Shown: positions 39,905 to 53,324, counted from the first letter of the stretch. The stretch: DNA of 64,000 nt from Octopus sinensis (GCF_006345805.1 NC_043009.1:57598001-57662000), one strand, 5' to 3'. Notes: generated from the letters alone by a model not told the origin. Program-made: numbers and translations.

Positions 39905-40075
39905 ATGTATACGACAGGTTTCTTTTAGTTTTCGTCTACCAAATCCGCTCCCAAGGCTTTGGTTGGCCCGAGACTATAGTAGAAGACACATGTCCAAGGT
40001 GCCATGCAGTTGGACTGAGCCCGGGGCCAGACCATATGGTTAAAGTAAGCTTCTTACCACATAGCCACGCCTTCA
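39905..40075 (-). mobile_element. SINE family B head
   Basis: CCAAATCCGCTCCCAAGGCTTTGG...CCAAGGTGCCATGCAGT. Confidence 0.85.
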
Positions 40076-40539
40076 CTTAGCGTCAGTTTTTCAGGCTCTA
40101 AACGCTCTGAGATCAAATTCCAACGAGGTTGACTTTGCCATTCAGTCATTCGGTACAGATAAAATAAGTATAATTTGAGCATTGTGGTCGATTTAATTGA
40201 CTAAATGCCCTCCAACTAAAATTGCTGGCCTTCAATCAAAATTTAAAGCCACTTTTTTTTAAATATTGTCTATGACTAAATCGTTGCTTCTAGAGTTATG
40301 TTTAACAATATCTTTTCAAAACGCCTTCATTTCCTCCTCGTCGATAAAATATAGATAACTGAAGACAATTTGTCTCATCTGTCGAGTCATCAAGTTAAAT
40401 TGCAGAAACAATGTCAAACTCATAAATCTCGCTAATCATTTACTACAAAGTACGAACAGACATTTCTTTTCTTTCAATCTTTGACAGCAATGTTATTCAG
40501 AGAAATAGAATTATTTTTATAATTAATATACCCAATAAC

Positions 40540-40900
40540 GGCAACGAACTGGCAGAATCGTTAACAAGCCAGGCAAAATGCTTAGCGGTATTTCTGAGTT
40601 CAAATTCCACCGAGTTCGATTTTACCTTTCATCCTTTCGGGTTTCGATGAAATAAGTACCGGTAGAGCGCTGGGTTCGATGTAATCGACTTAATCCGTTT
40701 GTCTGTCCTTGTTTGTCCTCTCTGTGTTTAGCCCCTTGTGGGTAGTAAAGAAATAGGTATTTCTGAGTTCAAATTCCACCGAGTTCGATTTTGCCTTTCA
40801 TCCTTTCGGGTTTCGATGTAATAAGTACTGGTGGAGCATTGGGTTCGATGTAATCGATTTACCTTCGCCCCTAAAGTTTCAGGTCTTGCGCTTACTGAAT
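40540..40900 (+). mobile_element. SINE-A with a 101-bp internal duplication around a 68-bp long-tail insert
   Basis: 40588-40688 is repeated at 40757-40857. Confidence 0.9.
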
Positions 40901-42689
40901 AAAGGATAATTAATACATTCATAAATTTAGCTCTTCATTGTAGATAGATAGGTGCAGGAATGAGTGTGTGGTAAGAAGCTTGCTTCCCGACCACATGGTT
41001 CCTGGAACAGTCCCATTTCGTGGCACCTTGGCACCTTTAAGTTCTGAGTTCAAATCCCACCGAGATCAACTTTAGTCGATAGACAAAAGTGCCAGACAAG
41101 TAATGAGGTCGATGTAATAGATTTTTCCCCTCCTCTCAAAGGTGTACTTTTCGCCAGATAATGCTGTGGTCTCAATCACTTACACGTCAAGGAAACCAGG
41201 TGAACGGCCTTAGAACCCTCGGACTCAAGAAAAATGTTTAGAAACATATCTATGTATATGGACAGGATGAAGAAATTTTGAGAGCAAAAGAAGTTGGAAG
41301 GTTCGGGTGTATTACATGTCAAACAGGATATCGAAGACAGTGTTAATGGACGAAAGAAGAAAAAAAAGATGGAGCAGGTGGTGTCGAGGAAGTTGATTAA
41401 GTAGGCTATAAACTCAGAAGGACTGAAATAGTTTTAACTCCATGTGCTTCTCAATGATAACAGATTTTCAATTATCCGTTGGGTTTTGAATTTTCTGCTT
41501 TTTAATTTTCAATCCTTACGTTCTGCTAAGGAAAAATAATGTAATGTTTTGCAATTTCGAATCAGTAATGATCCTCCTTGGAATTCTACTGTAATCGTTC
41601 TCAAATATTAGACTTTACTCAAGAGAATTATTGTACGCAAATACCTGTTTTTGACGAGTTGATAAAAGCACTGCACCACGATTCACTGCTGGTTGTGGAA
41701 GCTGTGATATGTTCAATGACAGATACATACATATAATCGCTATGTTGGTAGATTTTGAGAAGTTTATTTCGTGAATATTTGTTGTTGAAAAGATTACTGT
41801 AAAGTTTCTGGTAACAAAAAAGTTGAGAGTTAAATTATTTTCTTGATTTCAAATGAATGAGAACACCTATTTGCGAATTCTAAATTTGAATAATTAGCAA
41901 CCAGGATATTGCGTACCGACTAACAATTCTAGCTGTCCGAAGACTTTTTTGATATTACACACTTAGAAAGAAAGCTCAGCTATTCAAAGTTTCGAATGAA
42001 TGCATTTCAATTTGAGTTATTTGCCTTCCACTGCCGTCCTGGCAAGTATCAGAGAAAAAAAAAAAATTTTGGCGCTGCATGTCGCTAAAATAGGTGCAGC
42101 CATTGTTGTGTGGTTAAGCAGCAGACTTTGTAACCACGTGATTTTGGGTTGAGTCTCACCGCGCGGACCCTCGGCAAGTGTCTTCAACTGACTCGACCAG
42201 TATAGACTGTCCAAGTTGGCCTCGCATGTGACAGCGGAGGTCCTAAATCAGAAAAAAACTGATTGAGGTCAGGAAGACCTGTAACAAAGATTTTGTTTTC
42301 CTCGGTCCGGGTCTGCCGATGCAGGCTTTCCTGCAGGCGGCAGGAAATTTACTTGGGGGCCCAGATGAAGAAGACGAAGAATAATGAAAAATATATTTTT
42401 GTAATTTGTAATTGTAATTTTTGAATTTTTGTGATTATAATTTTCATTTATATTGATTTAAATTGAACAGTGATTTCGAGGGGTTATCGGTCGGCGGGCG
42501 CCGGTGCCCTTGCCATTTTTTTCCATATTTGTCGTTTTCATACACATTAATGTCTCTGTCCAGCCCATAGCTACCTTTACCTGTGTTCGACCGCCATGGT
42601 CAATTCGATGAAATAAAGTCTCTTCAACTCTAGCCCCGAGCCTCCCAATATCATGTGAGTGAATCTGCCAGAGGGAAACTACAATGAAG

Positions 42690-42885
42690 TCTGTCGTATA
42701 TGTGTGTGTGTGAGTGAGTGTGTACCCCTAGCTGTTTGACATCCGGTTTTGGTTTGTTTATGTCTGCGTAAATAAGCGGTTCGCAATAGAAATCGATAAG
42801 CTCAAAAAAATAAATAAGTCCTGAGGTCGATTAGTTCAACCCTTCAAGGCGGTGCCGCAGCGTGGTCACATTCCAATGACTGTCG
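42690..42885 (+). mobile_element. SINE family B, 3' half
   Basis: GCGGTTCGCAATAG...CCCTTCAAGGCGGTGCCGCAGC. Confidence 0.7.
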
Positions 42886-43029
42886 AAAGCAACGTAACCC
42901 AATCAAACTTCCATGGTCGTGTTTATATTCTCTGTTCCTCCAAGACTTTAGTCTTGTACACTAAAGTATTTTGGTACCGGTAGAAACGATGCTGTTTCAA
43001 AGACGCGACTATATCGTATTATATTTTGC

Positions 43030-43167
43030 ATTCGTTTATTCTTTTATTTGTTTCAGTCATTTGGCTGTAACCATCCCCAGGACTTATTCTGTCGGTGTCT
43101 TTTGCCGAACCGCTAAGTTACGGTTGTCAAACATACACACACACACCACATACACACACACACACAC

Positions 43168-43241
<74 letters not shown>

Positions 43242-43575
43242 AAAAAGCAAGTCAAGATAGAAAATGCTAAAATGATTTATAAAGAACATTTCAGTACCGT
43301 TAACGATTAAATAATTAAATTTAGAAACATTAAAAGAAAAGTTTTTTTTAAAGAATATTTGTATAGTGTTCAAATATAAGTGGCTTTTCCTTGTTTCTGC
43401 CTTTATATACGACGGGCTTCTTTCAGTTTCCGTCTACCAAATCCACTCACAAGGCTTTGGTCGGCCCGAGGCTATAGTAGAAGACACTTGCCCAAGGTGC
43501 CACGCAGTGGGACTGAACCCAGAACCATGTGGTTCGTAAGCAAGCTACTTACCACACATCCACTCCTACGCCTAC
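43030..43575 (-). mobile_element. SINE family B, split in its central microsatellite
   Basis: 3' half 43030-43135, head 43400-43575. Confidence 0.8.
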
Positions 43576-44039
43576 GTCTATATCTTCACCTTTTAATTCC
43601 AAGTCACGCTCTGAGCAAGACTGACCCACTGTCCAGAATATTCCAGGCTCTGTCCACAATGAACAATCCTTGCAGAAAACTGAGCAGCCTAGAAATTTTA
43701 TTAACCACCAGACATTGGTCACACGCGGGGAAATTCTAGGAAGTTTCCATTCTAATTTTGCGGGTATTGATTTTTTTTATCGCCTGATGACACAGCCTTT
43801 CGTTCATATTCAAGTGGGTTTGTATTGAATAAGGGTTTTATGCAATTTTGTAACATGAAAGAAAGAGGTGTTGAAAGCTTACTGAGTTGGATGCGTTTAT
43901 TGGCAGTTTTGTAACAAAGTTGTAGCCCTGTACAGTAGTTTACACAATATTTAGTCAACCTGATGTTTAAGTATTCTTCGATAAATCCAAGTGTGATCCT
44001 AGGATACAAATACTCAAACTATCAAGTCTCTGGAAAAGT

Positions 44040-44364
44040 TTATACACACATGCATGCATGCATGCATGCATACGTACATACATTCATACATACATGCATG
44101 TATATGTGCATGCATGCATACATACATATATACATACATACATATATACATATACATGCATATGTATACATACATGCATATTTATACATACATGCATACA
44201 TACAGAGAAGCACATATATATACATGCATTCATACATGTATATATATATATATATATACATATATATATACACACATATATATAAATATGTATATATATA
44301 TATACACATACATACATACATACATACGTACGTACGTACATACATACATACATACATACATACA

Positions 44365-44398
<34 letters not shown>

Positions 44399-44408
44399 CA
44401 TACATACC
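44040..44408. repeat. (ATAC)/(AT)/(ATGC) compound microsatellite
   Basis: Direct reading. Confidence 0.95.
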
Positions 44409-44910
44409 AGAAAGTACCTACGTTGAACTATTGAGGAATCTACAACTACTTTATCCAGATCACAATTTCAGGTTTATACCTGTAATTATTGGAGCAATTG
44501 GATATGTAACGTACTGCCTAAATACTAATCTTGAGAAATTAGGCTTCTCAAAATCAGAAAGGAGAAAGCTTATTCGAAGACAACAGATGCAGTCTATCAC
44601 TGGAACTGTAAAAATCTGTAAAACTTTCCAGAAGTTTATCATTTAAATATATGTGAGCATGTCTAGATATGCAACTACATGCATGAGAATACATAGATAA
44701 AACAAAACATACAAATCTGTACGATTCCTTACATACATACATACACACATACATACATACATACATACATACATACATACATACATACATACATACATAC
44801 ATACATACATACATACCCTGTTGATGTTGTTGAAATTCCAATGAAAGAGCCTTGGATTTAGGTTAGAAACCGGCTCTTTCTCTAGTGGCAAGAAATCTTG
44901 AAATAAAACT
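44409..44910 (+). mobile_element. 3' end of an RLE-type LINE (R4/Dong-like), 5'-truncated
   Basis: Open frame ESTYVELLRNLQLLYPDHNFRFIPVIIGAIG...ITGTVKICKTFQKFII* (stop at 44646) matches the RLE-LINE C-terminal P(V/I)IIGAxG pattern; putative 3' UTR includes (ACAT)n. Confidence 0.75.
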
Positions 44911-45026
44911 GAATAGTGTCATAAATTCATATATTTATATATATATATATATATGTGTGTTGTGTGTGTGTGTGTGTGTGTGTGGCGTGTGCGTGCCACC
45001 CCATTTATAGGTGTATCACAGCTATA

Positions 45027-45126
45027 TTGGGTTGGTGCTTCATTAACGACAGTTTTTTATTTTAAATTCTTAATAAACTGTTGTAATTTAAATTATAAAA
45101 ACCTCATTAATTATGAACCAACCCAA
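45027..45126. mobile_element. Mariner-type MITE (100 bp)
   Basis: TA-TTGGGTTGGTGC ... GAACCAACCCAA-TA. Confidence 0.75.
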
Positions 45127-45143
45127 TAAATACATATATATAT

Positions 45144-45180
<37 letters not shown>

Positions 45181-45185
45181 ATATC

Positions 45186-45218
<33 letters not shown>

Positions 45219-45243
45219 GTTTATATATATGTTTATATATATG

Positions 45244-45277
<34 letters not shown>

Positions 45278-45321
45278 ATACATATATATATGTATATATA
45301 TATTTATATATATGTATAGAT

Positions 45322-45355
<34 letters not shown>

Positions 45356-45984
45356 CATAGGGTTCATATGTAGGTATTGTTTTTTTTTATTTTAAATAAC
45401 ATTCTTACCATAAAATATTAAAGTGCTCCATTAACCATCGTTGATAGAGATGCGTTGTGTCATGTGTTTTTGTCACGTGTGAAGAAACATGATTACATCG
45501 CATCTGTACACAAGTTTTGTTCCGTTACTAATTTGGTCGGCTGCGTACATAAACGGCTGAAAATAACTAAAACTATTTAAATCATGTCTGCTATATTTCG
45601 GAACAATCGGATTAGTGATATTATTAGCCATCCATTATGAACCAGTCAGATCTGTATCAAAGTTTATAAGAAAGAAGTTGAAGGTATCTCCCAAAAGTTC
45701 GAAGTTCGGTTTTTTTTCTTCTTTTTCTATTATTGGATGGGTCCACATAATGCTGGTAGTTTTCTCATTTATCTGTATCAAACATGTGGGATCACGTGGT
45801 CTAGTAGAATGTGTAATTTCAACTCCGGGACAGGATAGTGCGTTGAGAAAAAACACTTTATCTGACATTGCACTGCGATCACATCGAAACCTGACGAGTG
45901 GTACGCCGTGCTCCTGTTCAGACAGCATCAATTTGATGGAGGGAATGAGCTAATGCTGGTGTTTTGTTGTTTGTTCCTTCTCGA

Positions 45985-46240
45985 GTCATGCCTGGCTCGT
46001 AAGGGCCGGTTTCCCGGCGTATAGGTTCCCCACCTGGACGGGACGCCGGGCCATAGCAGGTGAGTTGCAAAATGCAGGAGAAAAGACTTGTGGCGAAAGA
46101 GTCAACAGAGTCTTTACCTTCTGCCGGAGCCGCGCGGAGCTTAGGTGTTACGCTCATAAACACACACATTGCCCAGTCTAAGATTCGAACCCGCGGTGCC
46201 TCGCCCTCGAGTCCGCTGCTCTAACCACTAGACCATATAC
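45985..46240 (-). mobile_element. SINE family C-related copy
   Basis: GGCCGGTTTCCCGG...TGGACGGGACGCC module and tRNA-like head TCTAACCACTAG. Confidence 0.6.
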
Positions 46241-46980
46241 CTCCACAACGAGCTAATGTACATTTAATCATTATAAACAAATCATTTGTGCAGGATGGGC
46301 AGCAAGAAATTGAAGAACCGTTTTTTCTCTGACTGCCTGAGTCTGCCATTATCACCACCATTTCAAATGTGCTGCAATCATCTCGATGTAACCGTAATAC
46401 AACGATACGCAATGTTGGTGCAAAAATATTTTGAATGACTATTATGTCGGTCTCATGTAGATTGTTTGTGAATTATTAGCGTATCATCAACACAGAATAT
46501 AACACTTGTTTTTGTTTGTGTATTTTATTTTTAGATTTTTTTTTCCGGAGAAATTACCTTCGAGAAGAGATATATATTTCGGCAATTGCATGTCAGCTAC
46601 ACACTTAGTTTATTTGCAATATTTATGCATTGTAACTCTTAATGATATTTGACATGTTCTGTGTGCAGCTACAGCTTGACTTTATGTTATTCTTGTTGAA
46701 TAGCAATAGCTGATGGAATATGTGGCCGTTCGGGAAATATATTCTGATCAAGGAGAGAAAATGTTTTGCAGCTCTGAATTTTACTGCAATGTTATATGTT
46801 GTGTAACACAATATTCTATTCCTACTCTTAATATGTTTAAGGCAGTTGGTAGTTATTGTCGGGGAATATTTTCTTTTTCATTGATATCAGGTAGATGTTT
46901 GTTCTTGATAGTAGAACACTGCATCCCGCTTAACAGTATATTTATCGGAGGGGAGAGAGAGAGAGAGATAATCCATTATC

Positions 46981-47080
46981 NNNNNNNNNNNNNNNNNNNN
47001 NNNNNNNNNNNNNNNNNNNNNNNNNNNNNNNNNNNNNNNNNNNNNNNNNNNNNNNNNNNNNNNNNNNNNNNNNNNNNNNN
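46981..47080. other. Assembly gap (100 N)
   Basis: Direct reading. Confidence 1.
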
Positions 47081-47137
47081 GAGAGAAGAAGGGCAACAAC
47101 GAAGGATTAACAGAAATGTGCACAACAAGGATGAAAC

Positions 47138-47198
<61 letters not shown>

Positions 47199-47585
47199 GT
47201 AACAAAGGTGTTTCATCACGGTTGATGGGAGCTGTGTTTCTGTGATTTCATGGGTTTCTAAATTCTCTATGTTCTTGTAGTGTGGAATCTGAAGAGGAAG
47301 TTTCAGAGCTTTTTTTTTTATTGGGGGGGGGGGAGCAGGTGGAGTTGATGGGTGTTTAAGAAGATGAAAAATCCGTGTTTAGTATTTCCAGCTTCGCAGA
47401 CGTCAAGGTGTGTCTAGACGTCTACAACAACGGTGAAAAATTACCGTTGTTTGCTGGAGTTAATTAAACAATATTTAGTCTGACTAAGGTCTGTGCGTAT
47501 GTCCAATACATTATGCATATGCAGTCAGGAATGGTGAGGTTAGGATCAACCAGGTGTTATATATATATATATATATACATACATA

Positions 47586-47628
<43 letters not shown>

Positions 47629-47644
47629 TATATATAATATATCC

Positions 47645-47703
<59 letters not shown>

Positions 47704-47827
47704 TATATATATTATGTATGTATGTAGATGTATGTATGTATGATATATACATATATATATAGGTATAGATACATATACATATATATAAACATAAATATAT
47801 AAACACAGACATATATACGAGGGTGAC

Positions 47828-47888
<61 letters not shown>

Positions 47889-47898
47889 ATATATAAGG

Positions 47899-48247
47899 GA
47901 TGACCTCTAAGTGGACCTCAATTATGCTAGCGGTAGAACCCATATGGTCTGACCACTAAGAAAGATTGTTTTTAAGAAAATTCAGCAAACGCCTGAAGGT
48001 AAGCGAACAAGACAAATGAAAAGATACAATATATAAAGATTAATCACAAACCCGATTTCATTGTTACCATTTACGTAATTACTTACGTAAATGTCCGGGT
48101 TAATCTTTTTTATTTTTTGTATCTTTTCATTTGTCTTGCTCGCTTACGTTCTGGCGTTTGCTGAATTTACTTAAGAACAATCTTTTCTTAGTGGTCAGAC
48201 CATATGGGGTCCACCTCTAGCATAATGGATGTCCACTTAGTGGTCAT
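47899..48247. mobile_element. Fold-back (MITE-like) element with ~150-bp inverted arms
   Basis: The left arm matches the reverse complement of the right arm along its length; central hairpin CATTTACGTAA..TTACGTAAATG. Confidence 0.85.
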
Positions 48248-48617
48248 TATTCTAATATGTATGTAATATAATTTTTCTGAATCTTCAATTTCAATATGCT
48301 AGGCCACTGGTTTTAAATTGATATTAATGAAATTAATATTCAATTTTTTACCCTAATTGTTTAAATTTAAATAACCATGGTTTCTAACCGGTAAAATTCT
48401 CTGCTGAGAATTATTTTTGTATAATTATTCCCGGTATTTTGGCAAGCCAAAACGAAGACTTTTGAAACATGACCCCAAATATAACTAGTAGAACTATATG
48501 CATGTCCAATCTCAAGTGGACGTCTCGTGTATAGGCCTTTCAAAATGTGACCTCGTGTGTACCGTTTGCGATTTTTTTCCCTCTGTCTTCCCTTCTCTGG
48601 ATCTTTCCTTCTTCTAT

Positions 48618-48651
48618 GTTTCCGACGAAGAGCTACATCGAAACTTTAAAC
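48618..48651 (+). ncRNA. Decayed minimal hammerhead-like motif in a pLTR-like repeat (~48470-48750)
   Basis: GUUU CCGACGA A GAGC UACAUC GAAAC UUU AAAC; several core and helix lesions. Confidence 0.45.
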
Positions 48652-49812
48652 CCTCCTTCTTTCCTTCTTTCCTGAGCGTCCAATAATACTATATTTGTTC
48701 CACATCCTCGCGTTGTTGTGTTTTTTTGTGCTTTATTGTTTGGATTAACTTTATATATATATATATATATATGTATATACATGGCACATACACACACACA
48801 CTATATATATATATTCATTTATGTATGCCTAATTAGATAGATAGTTTAACAGACCTTTACGCCTAAAAATCACCAGTAACAATTATTTAAATACCACCAA
48901 CTGTGCCCAGCCTTAACACCTTATATTTAAGGACCCACCCCACCACTGCATCCTAGACATACAGATAAGCCTTAGCTGATTCGGGGAAAATATCGATTCT
49001 CTTAAAACTGTTCTATCGAAGAAATTTAGAAAACGTCTCGCGTTGAGTTTCATAAAAATGTAGACATAAATAAATAAATATAATTTTACTATTTAATTTT
49101 TAAAATTCTTCTGGAAAAAAATGTATTTTTTCCGAAATATTCTACTAATTAACATAATTACTGTAAATGAATTATTTTTCTAATCAGCGACTTTTTGCAA
49201 ATTCTATTGCCGTGCTTGGGGCGATAAGATATTCTAAGTTTACTTCGTTTAATTTTATTGTCTATTTATTTATTTTTGAGTTTTGGAGCTAAAAAGAACA
49301 AATTTCAAAAAATGCCAAATAGACTATAGTTTTCTCTAGGATATGTTGCGCTTGTATGCAAGATTTCGTCTTTGTACGACCGAAACTGTTGCCTGCTTGG
49401 AACATATATATATATATACTTACGTACATGCATACATACGTACGTACATACATATATACATACATACGTACGTACGTACATACATACATAGGTACGTACG
49501 TACATCCATCCATCCGTGCATACATACATAGATACGTACATACATACATAGTTACATACATGCGTACATACATATGTACATACATAATGCATATATCTAT
49601 ATTTGTTTTTGTTTTTATGTTTTCGTTTCTCATTGATTTCAACGTTTTTTTAGATGTCCTGTACCCATATATGCATGTACATATACATATATATGTAGGT
49701 ATGTACAAATATGTATGTATATATGCTTATATTTATATATTATTTATAATATATATATATATATATACATTCATACGTACATACGTACATACATATACAC
49801 ACACATATATAT

Positions 49813-49883
<71 letters not shown>

Positions 49884-50584
49884 GTATGTATGATGTATGT
49901 ATGTATATGTATATATATAATATACGCACGTACGTTCATGTTCAATCACGTTGCACGGCATCTTGGATAGGCAAGTGTCTTCTACACCCGCGGGCCTTTT
50001 GAATGAAAATTATGTATATGTATGTCTTTGTGTTTGTGCTTGTCTCGAACACCGCTTGACCACCGGTGTTGCTTTGGTTGCATCCCTTCAATCTAGCGCT
50101 TTGACAAAAGTGACCTAAAAACAAAAATAGCGCTGAAAGTGATGGGTTCGGTTAAAGACTTCAACGTGGTGGCTCAGCATGGACTGTCCAATAAGTGAAA
50201 CAAATAAAAGGAGAAAGATACATATATACATGCAAGCGTACATACATGCATACATACATACATTCATACATACTTTCACTTTGATGTATTAAGAGAAAGC
50301 TAGTACAACAAAATGACGTTTCAGGTATTTCCATCTTTCATCTTTTGCTTGCTTCAGTCATTGGACTGCGGCCATACCGGGACACTGTGTTAAAGGGCGT
50401 AGTCGAACAAAACGATTCCTGTATTTTTAAAGTCCGGTACTTATTCTGCCGGTACTTATTCGATATCTTCTGCCAAACCACTAAGTTAAATTAAACAAAC
50501 TATCACCTGTTGTCAAACGGTGGTAATGGAGAAACACAAATGCAAAGACCCCCACCATATAAATATAAATAAATATATATATAT

Positions 50585-50972
50585 TCTTTTATTCTTTTAT
50601 TTGTTTCAGTCATTTGACTGCGGTCATGCTGGAGCACCGCCATTAGTCGAGCAAATCAACCCCGGGACTTATTCTTTGTAAGCCTAGTACTTATTTTATC
50701 GGTCTCTTTTGCCGAACCGCTAAGTGACGGGGACGTAAACACACCAGCCTCGATTGTCAAGCGATGTTGGGGTGGAGGACAAACGCAGACACACAAACAT
50801 ATACACACACATACATTATATATATATAAATATATATACATACAAATACACGACGGGCTTCCGTCTACCAAATCCACTCATAAGGCTTTGGTCGGTCCGA
50901 AGCTATAGTAGAAGACACTTGCTCAAGGTGCCACGCAGTGGGACTGAACCCGGAACCATGTGGTTGGTAAAC
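50585..50972 (-). mobile_element. SINE family B (additional decayed pieces at ~49940-50210 and ~50340-50540)
   Basis: Full structure. Confidence 0.88.
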
Positions 50973-51385
50973 TAATCCAGATATTGATCAATCTAAAACT
51001 AACCGATTTGTTTTATGAATTTTTGGCCAGCCTGCCTTCCCGTTTACAACCTGTGTAATTAACTGTGGAGTGAATATTTGAAGTGGCAGGAGGTATTCGG
51101 TGTGTTCTTTCAGCATAAATGCACAATAGCTTTTGTGCCCTTAAGTATAATTGTACCCTATACAGTTATATATCTCTATAAATATATTTTAGGTAAAAGG
51201 ATTTTATATGCTTACCACTGATAAAATTCATTAATTTTAATGATTTTATCATCTAATTATGTTAGACCCTGTAGCCCTGATGGTAAATAATTATTTAATC
51301 TTAACATATTGGTCTTCTAGACTATTTGTCTGAGCCATGTTTTCTTTCCTTTTCCTTTTGTTTATATTGTATGATCTTGTTTTTC

Positions 51386-51500
51386 ACTCTGATGAAGATC
51401 CGTTGCCTTAATTCGAATGCCCTCTGAAGATGAAGAATTTTATTCTCGCCTTTATGTATAGACTGCATTTTAGCAATCCGATCAGAAACAGCCGTAAGAT
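51386..51500 (+). ncRNA. Hammerhead-like motif with a long structured helix II
   Basis: CU CUGAUGA A GAUC...GAUC A GAAA CAGCCG UA AG; the insert can pair TTGC/GCAA and AATGC/GCATT. Confidence 0.45.
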
Positions 51501-52131
51501 ATGTTACGTCACCTATTTTGTTATGTCATGCTTTGTAAAAAATATAAGCTATAAACATGGTCCAATCGTGGTTTTCTCCATTTTCAAATTATATATATAT
51601 ATATATATACCCAGATAAGACAGGCTTCCACACAGTTTTCGTCTCCCAAATTCATTCTTAAAGTATTGGTGGGCCCGGGGCTATATTTGAAGGCATTTTC
51701 CAAGCGTGCTGCGCTATAGAGCTGAACGCTTAACAATATGTTGGCTAAGCAAACTTTTTTTTACCAGACAACCATCTCAGCGCCTACGTAATTAAGAATA
51801 ACAAAACATTTTCAATATATTATGAACATAATAATTTAATTAGGTACTTAGAAATAAATTTGATGAACGGAGGTATATTTATAAGCCTGAAACATAGTTC
51901 TCAGCATATTTGTTTTTTTAATCCCATGAGGTAAAATTGAAAGGAAAGAAAGCGGTTTAAAGAGTGGTAGAAAATGTCTTCGCCAGACGATACAGTGAAT
52001 CTAATCAAACCCAATACTTGATTGGTACTTATTTCACCATCTGTTGGATAAATGAAAACAAATTCAGCCAAAGTGAAGTTCAAAATCAAAATGGAGAATG
52101 ATGTAAAGGGAAGAGATTTGACTAAATATTC

Positions 52132-53060
52132 TTTTCTATTCTAGGCACAAGGTTCGAAAATTTTGGGAAGGGGCCAGTCGATTAGATCGACTCCAGTACG
52201 CAACTGGTACTCAATTTATCGACACCGAAAGGATGAAAGGCAAACTCGATCTCGATGGAATTTGAACTCGGAGTGTAAAAACAGACGATATACCGCTAAG
52301 CATTCTGCCCAATGTGCTAACGTTTCTGCCAGCTCGTCGCCTTGATGTGACTAAATATTCGTTTCTCCACTAGGCACAAGGCCGGAAATTTGTGGGAAGG
52401 GGCCACTCCATTAGATCGTCTCCGAAAGGAAGAAAGGCGTTGTCGACGACGGCGGAATTAGAACTCAGAACGTAAAGACAGACGAAATAGCGCTAACGTT
52501 TCTTATTTCTTTACTACCCACAAGGGGCTAAACACAGAGAGGACAAACAAGGACAGACAAACGGATTAAGTCGATTACATCGACCCCAGTACGCAACTGG
52601 TACTTATTTAATCGACCCCGAAAGGATGAAAAGCAAAGTCGACCTCGGCAGAATTTGAACTCAGAACGTAACGGCAGACGAAATACCGCTAAGCATTTCG
52701 CCCGGCGTGGTAACGTTACTACTAGCTCGCTGCATTGATGTGACTAAATATTGCAAGCTTTATGTCACTCATACAATATGCATACGGCTGATACTATTAA
52801 AGTAATAAGATCGTTTATTGTATGGTGTAATTTTTTTTTTCAACTATGGACACAAACTCTGGAAAATTTGAAGGAGGAAGCTGGTCGTAACATCAACACC
52901 AGTCCTCGATTTGTAGTTATATTATCGATTCCGAAAGGCCAAAAGTCCGAAAGGTAAAGTCGACCTCGGCGGAATTAGAATTCAGAGCGTAAAACCGAAA
53001 GAAATACCATTAAGTATCATGTTAGTCGAATTAACGATTCTATCAGCTCGCCGCCTTAGA
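52132..53060 (-). mobile_element. Cluster of four SINE-A copies
   Basis: Cores at ~52220, ~52440, ~52620 and ~52950; TSD-like TTGATGTGACTAAATATT repeats. Confidence 0.88.
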
Positions 53061-53324
53061 ATAGTAACAATATTAACCATCAAAAATATTAGTTTCACTA
53101 ATATATTAATGTCGACAAAATCGATTACAGTTACCAATGTTTACTACAATAACCAACAATACTTACTACAATAGCCATAAATACTAAATATCATAGTTGT
53201 CTTTGAGACTATAGCTATTAGTATAGTCAATATTAACGGTTATAAATGTTAGTATTAGTGGCTGTAGCAGGAAGTGTTGATGGCTGCAGGAGTTAGTATC
53301 ATTGGTTATTGTTAATTGATATTA

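Noticed and set aside
43780-43810. Hammerhead at CTGATGA (43786)
   Set aside because: No helix II followed by GAAA on the same strand. The same applies to CTGATGA at ~13096 and ~27159 and CTGACGA at ~45891.
45615-45953. ORFs possibly derived from a mariner transposase
   Set aside because: WEI/DN-like hints only; not assignable with confidence.
46713-47225. ORFs spanning the N run
   Set aside because: Artefacts of the assembly gap.
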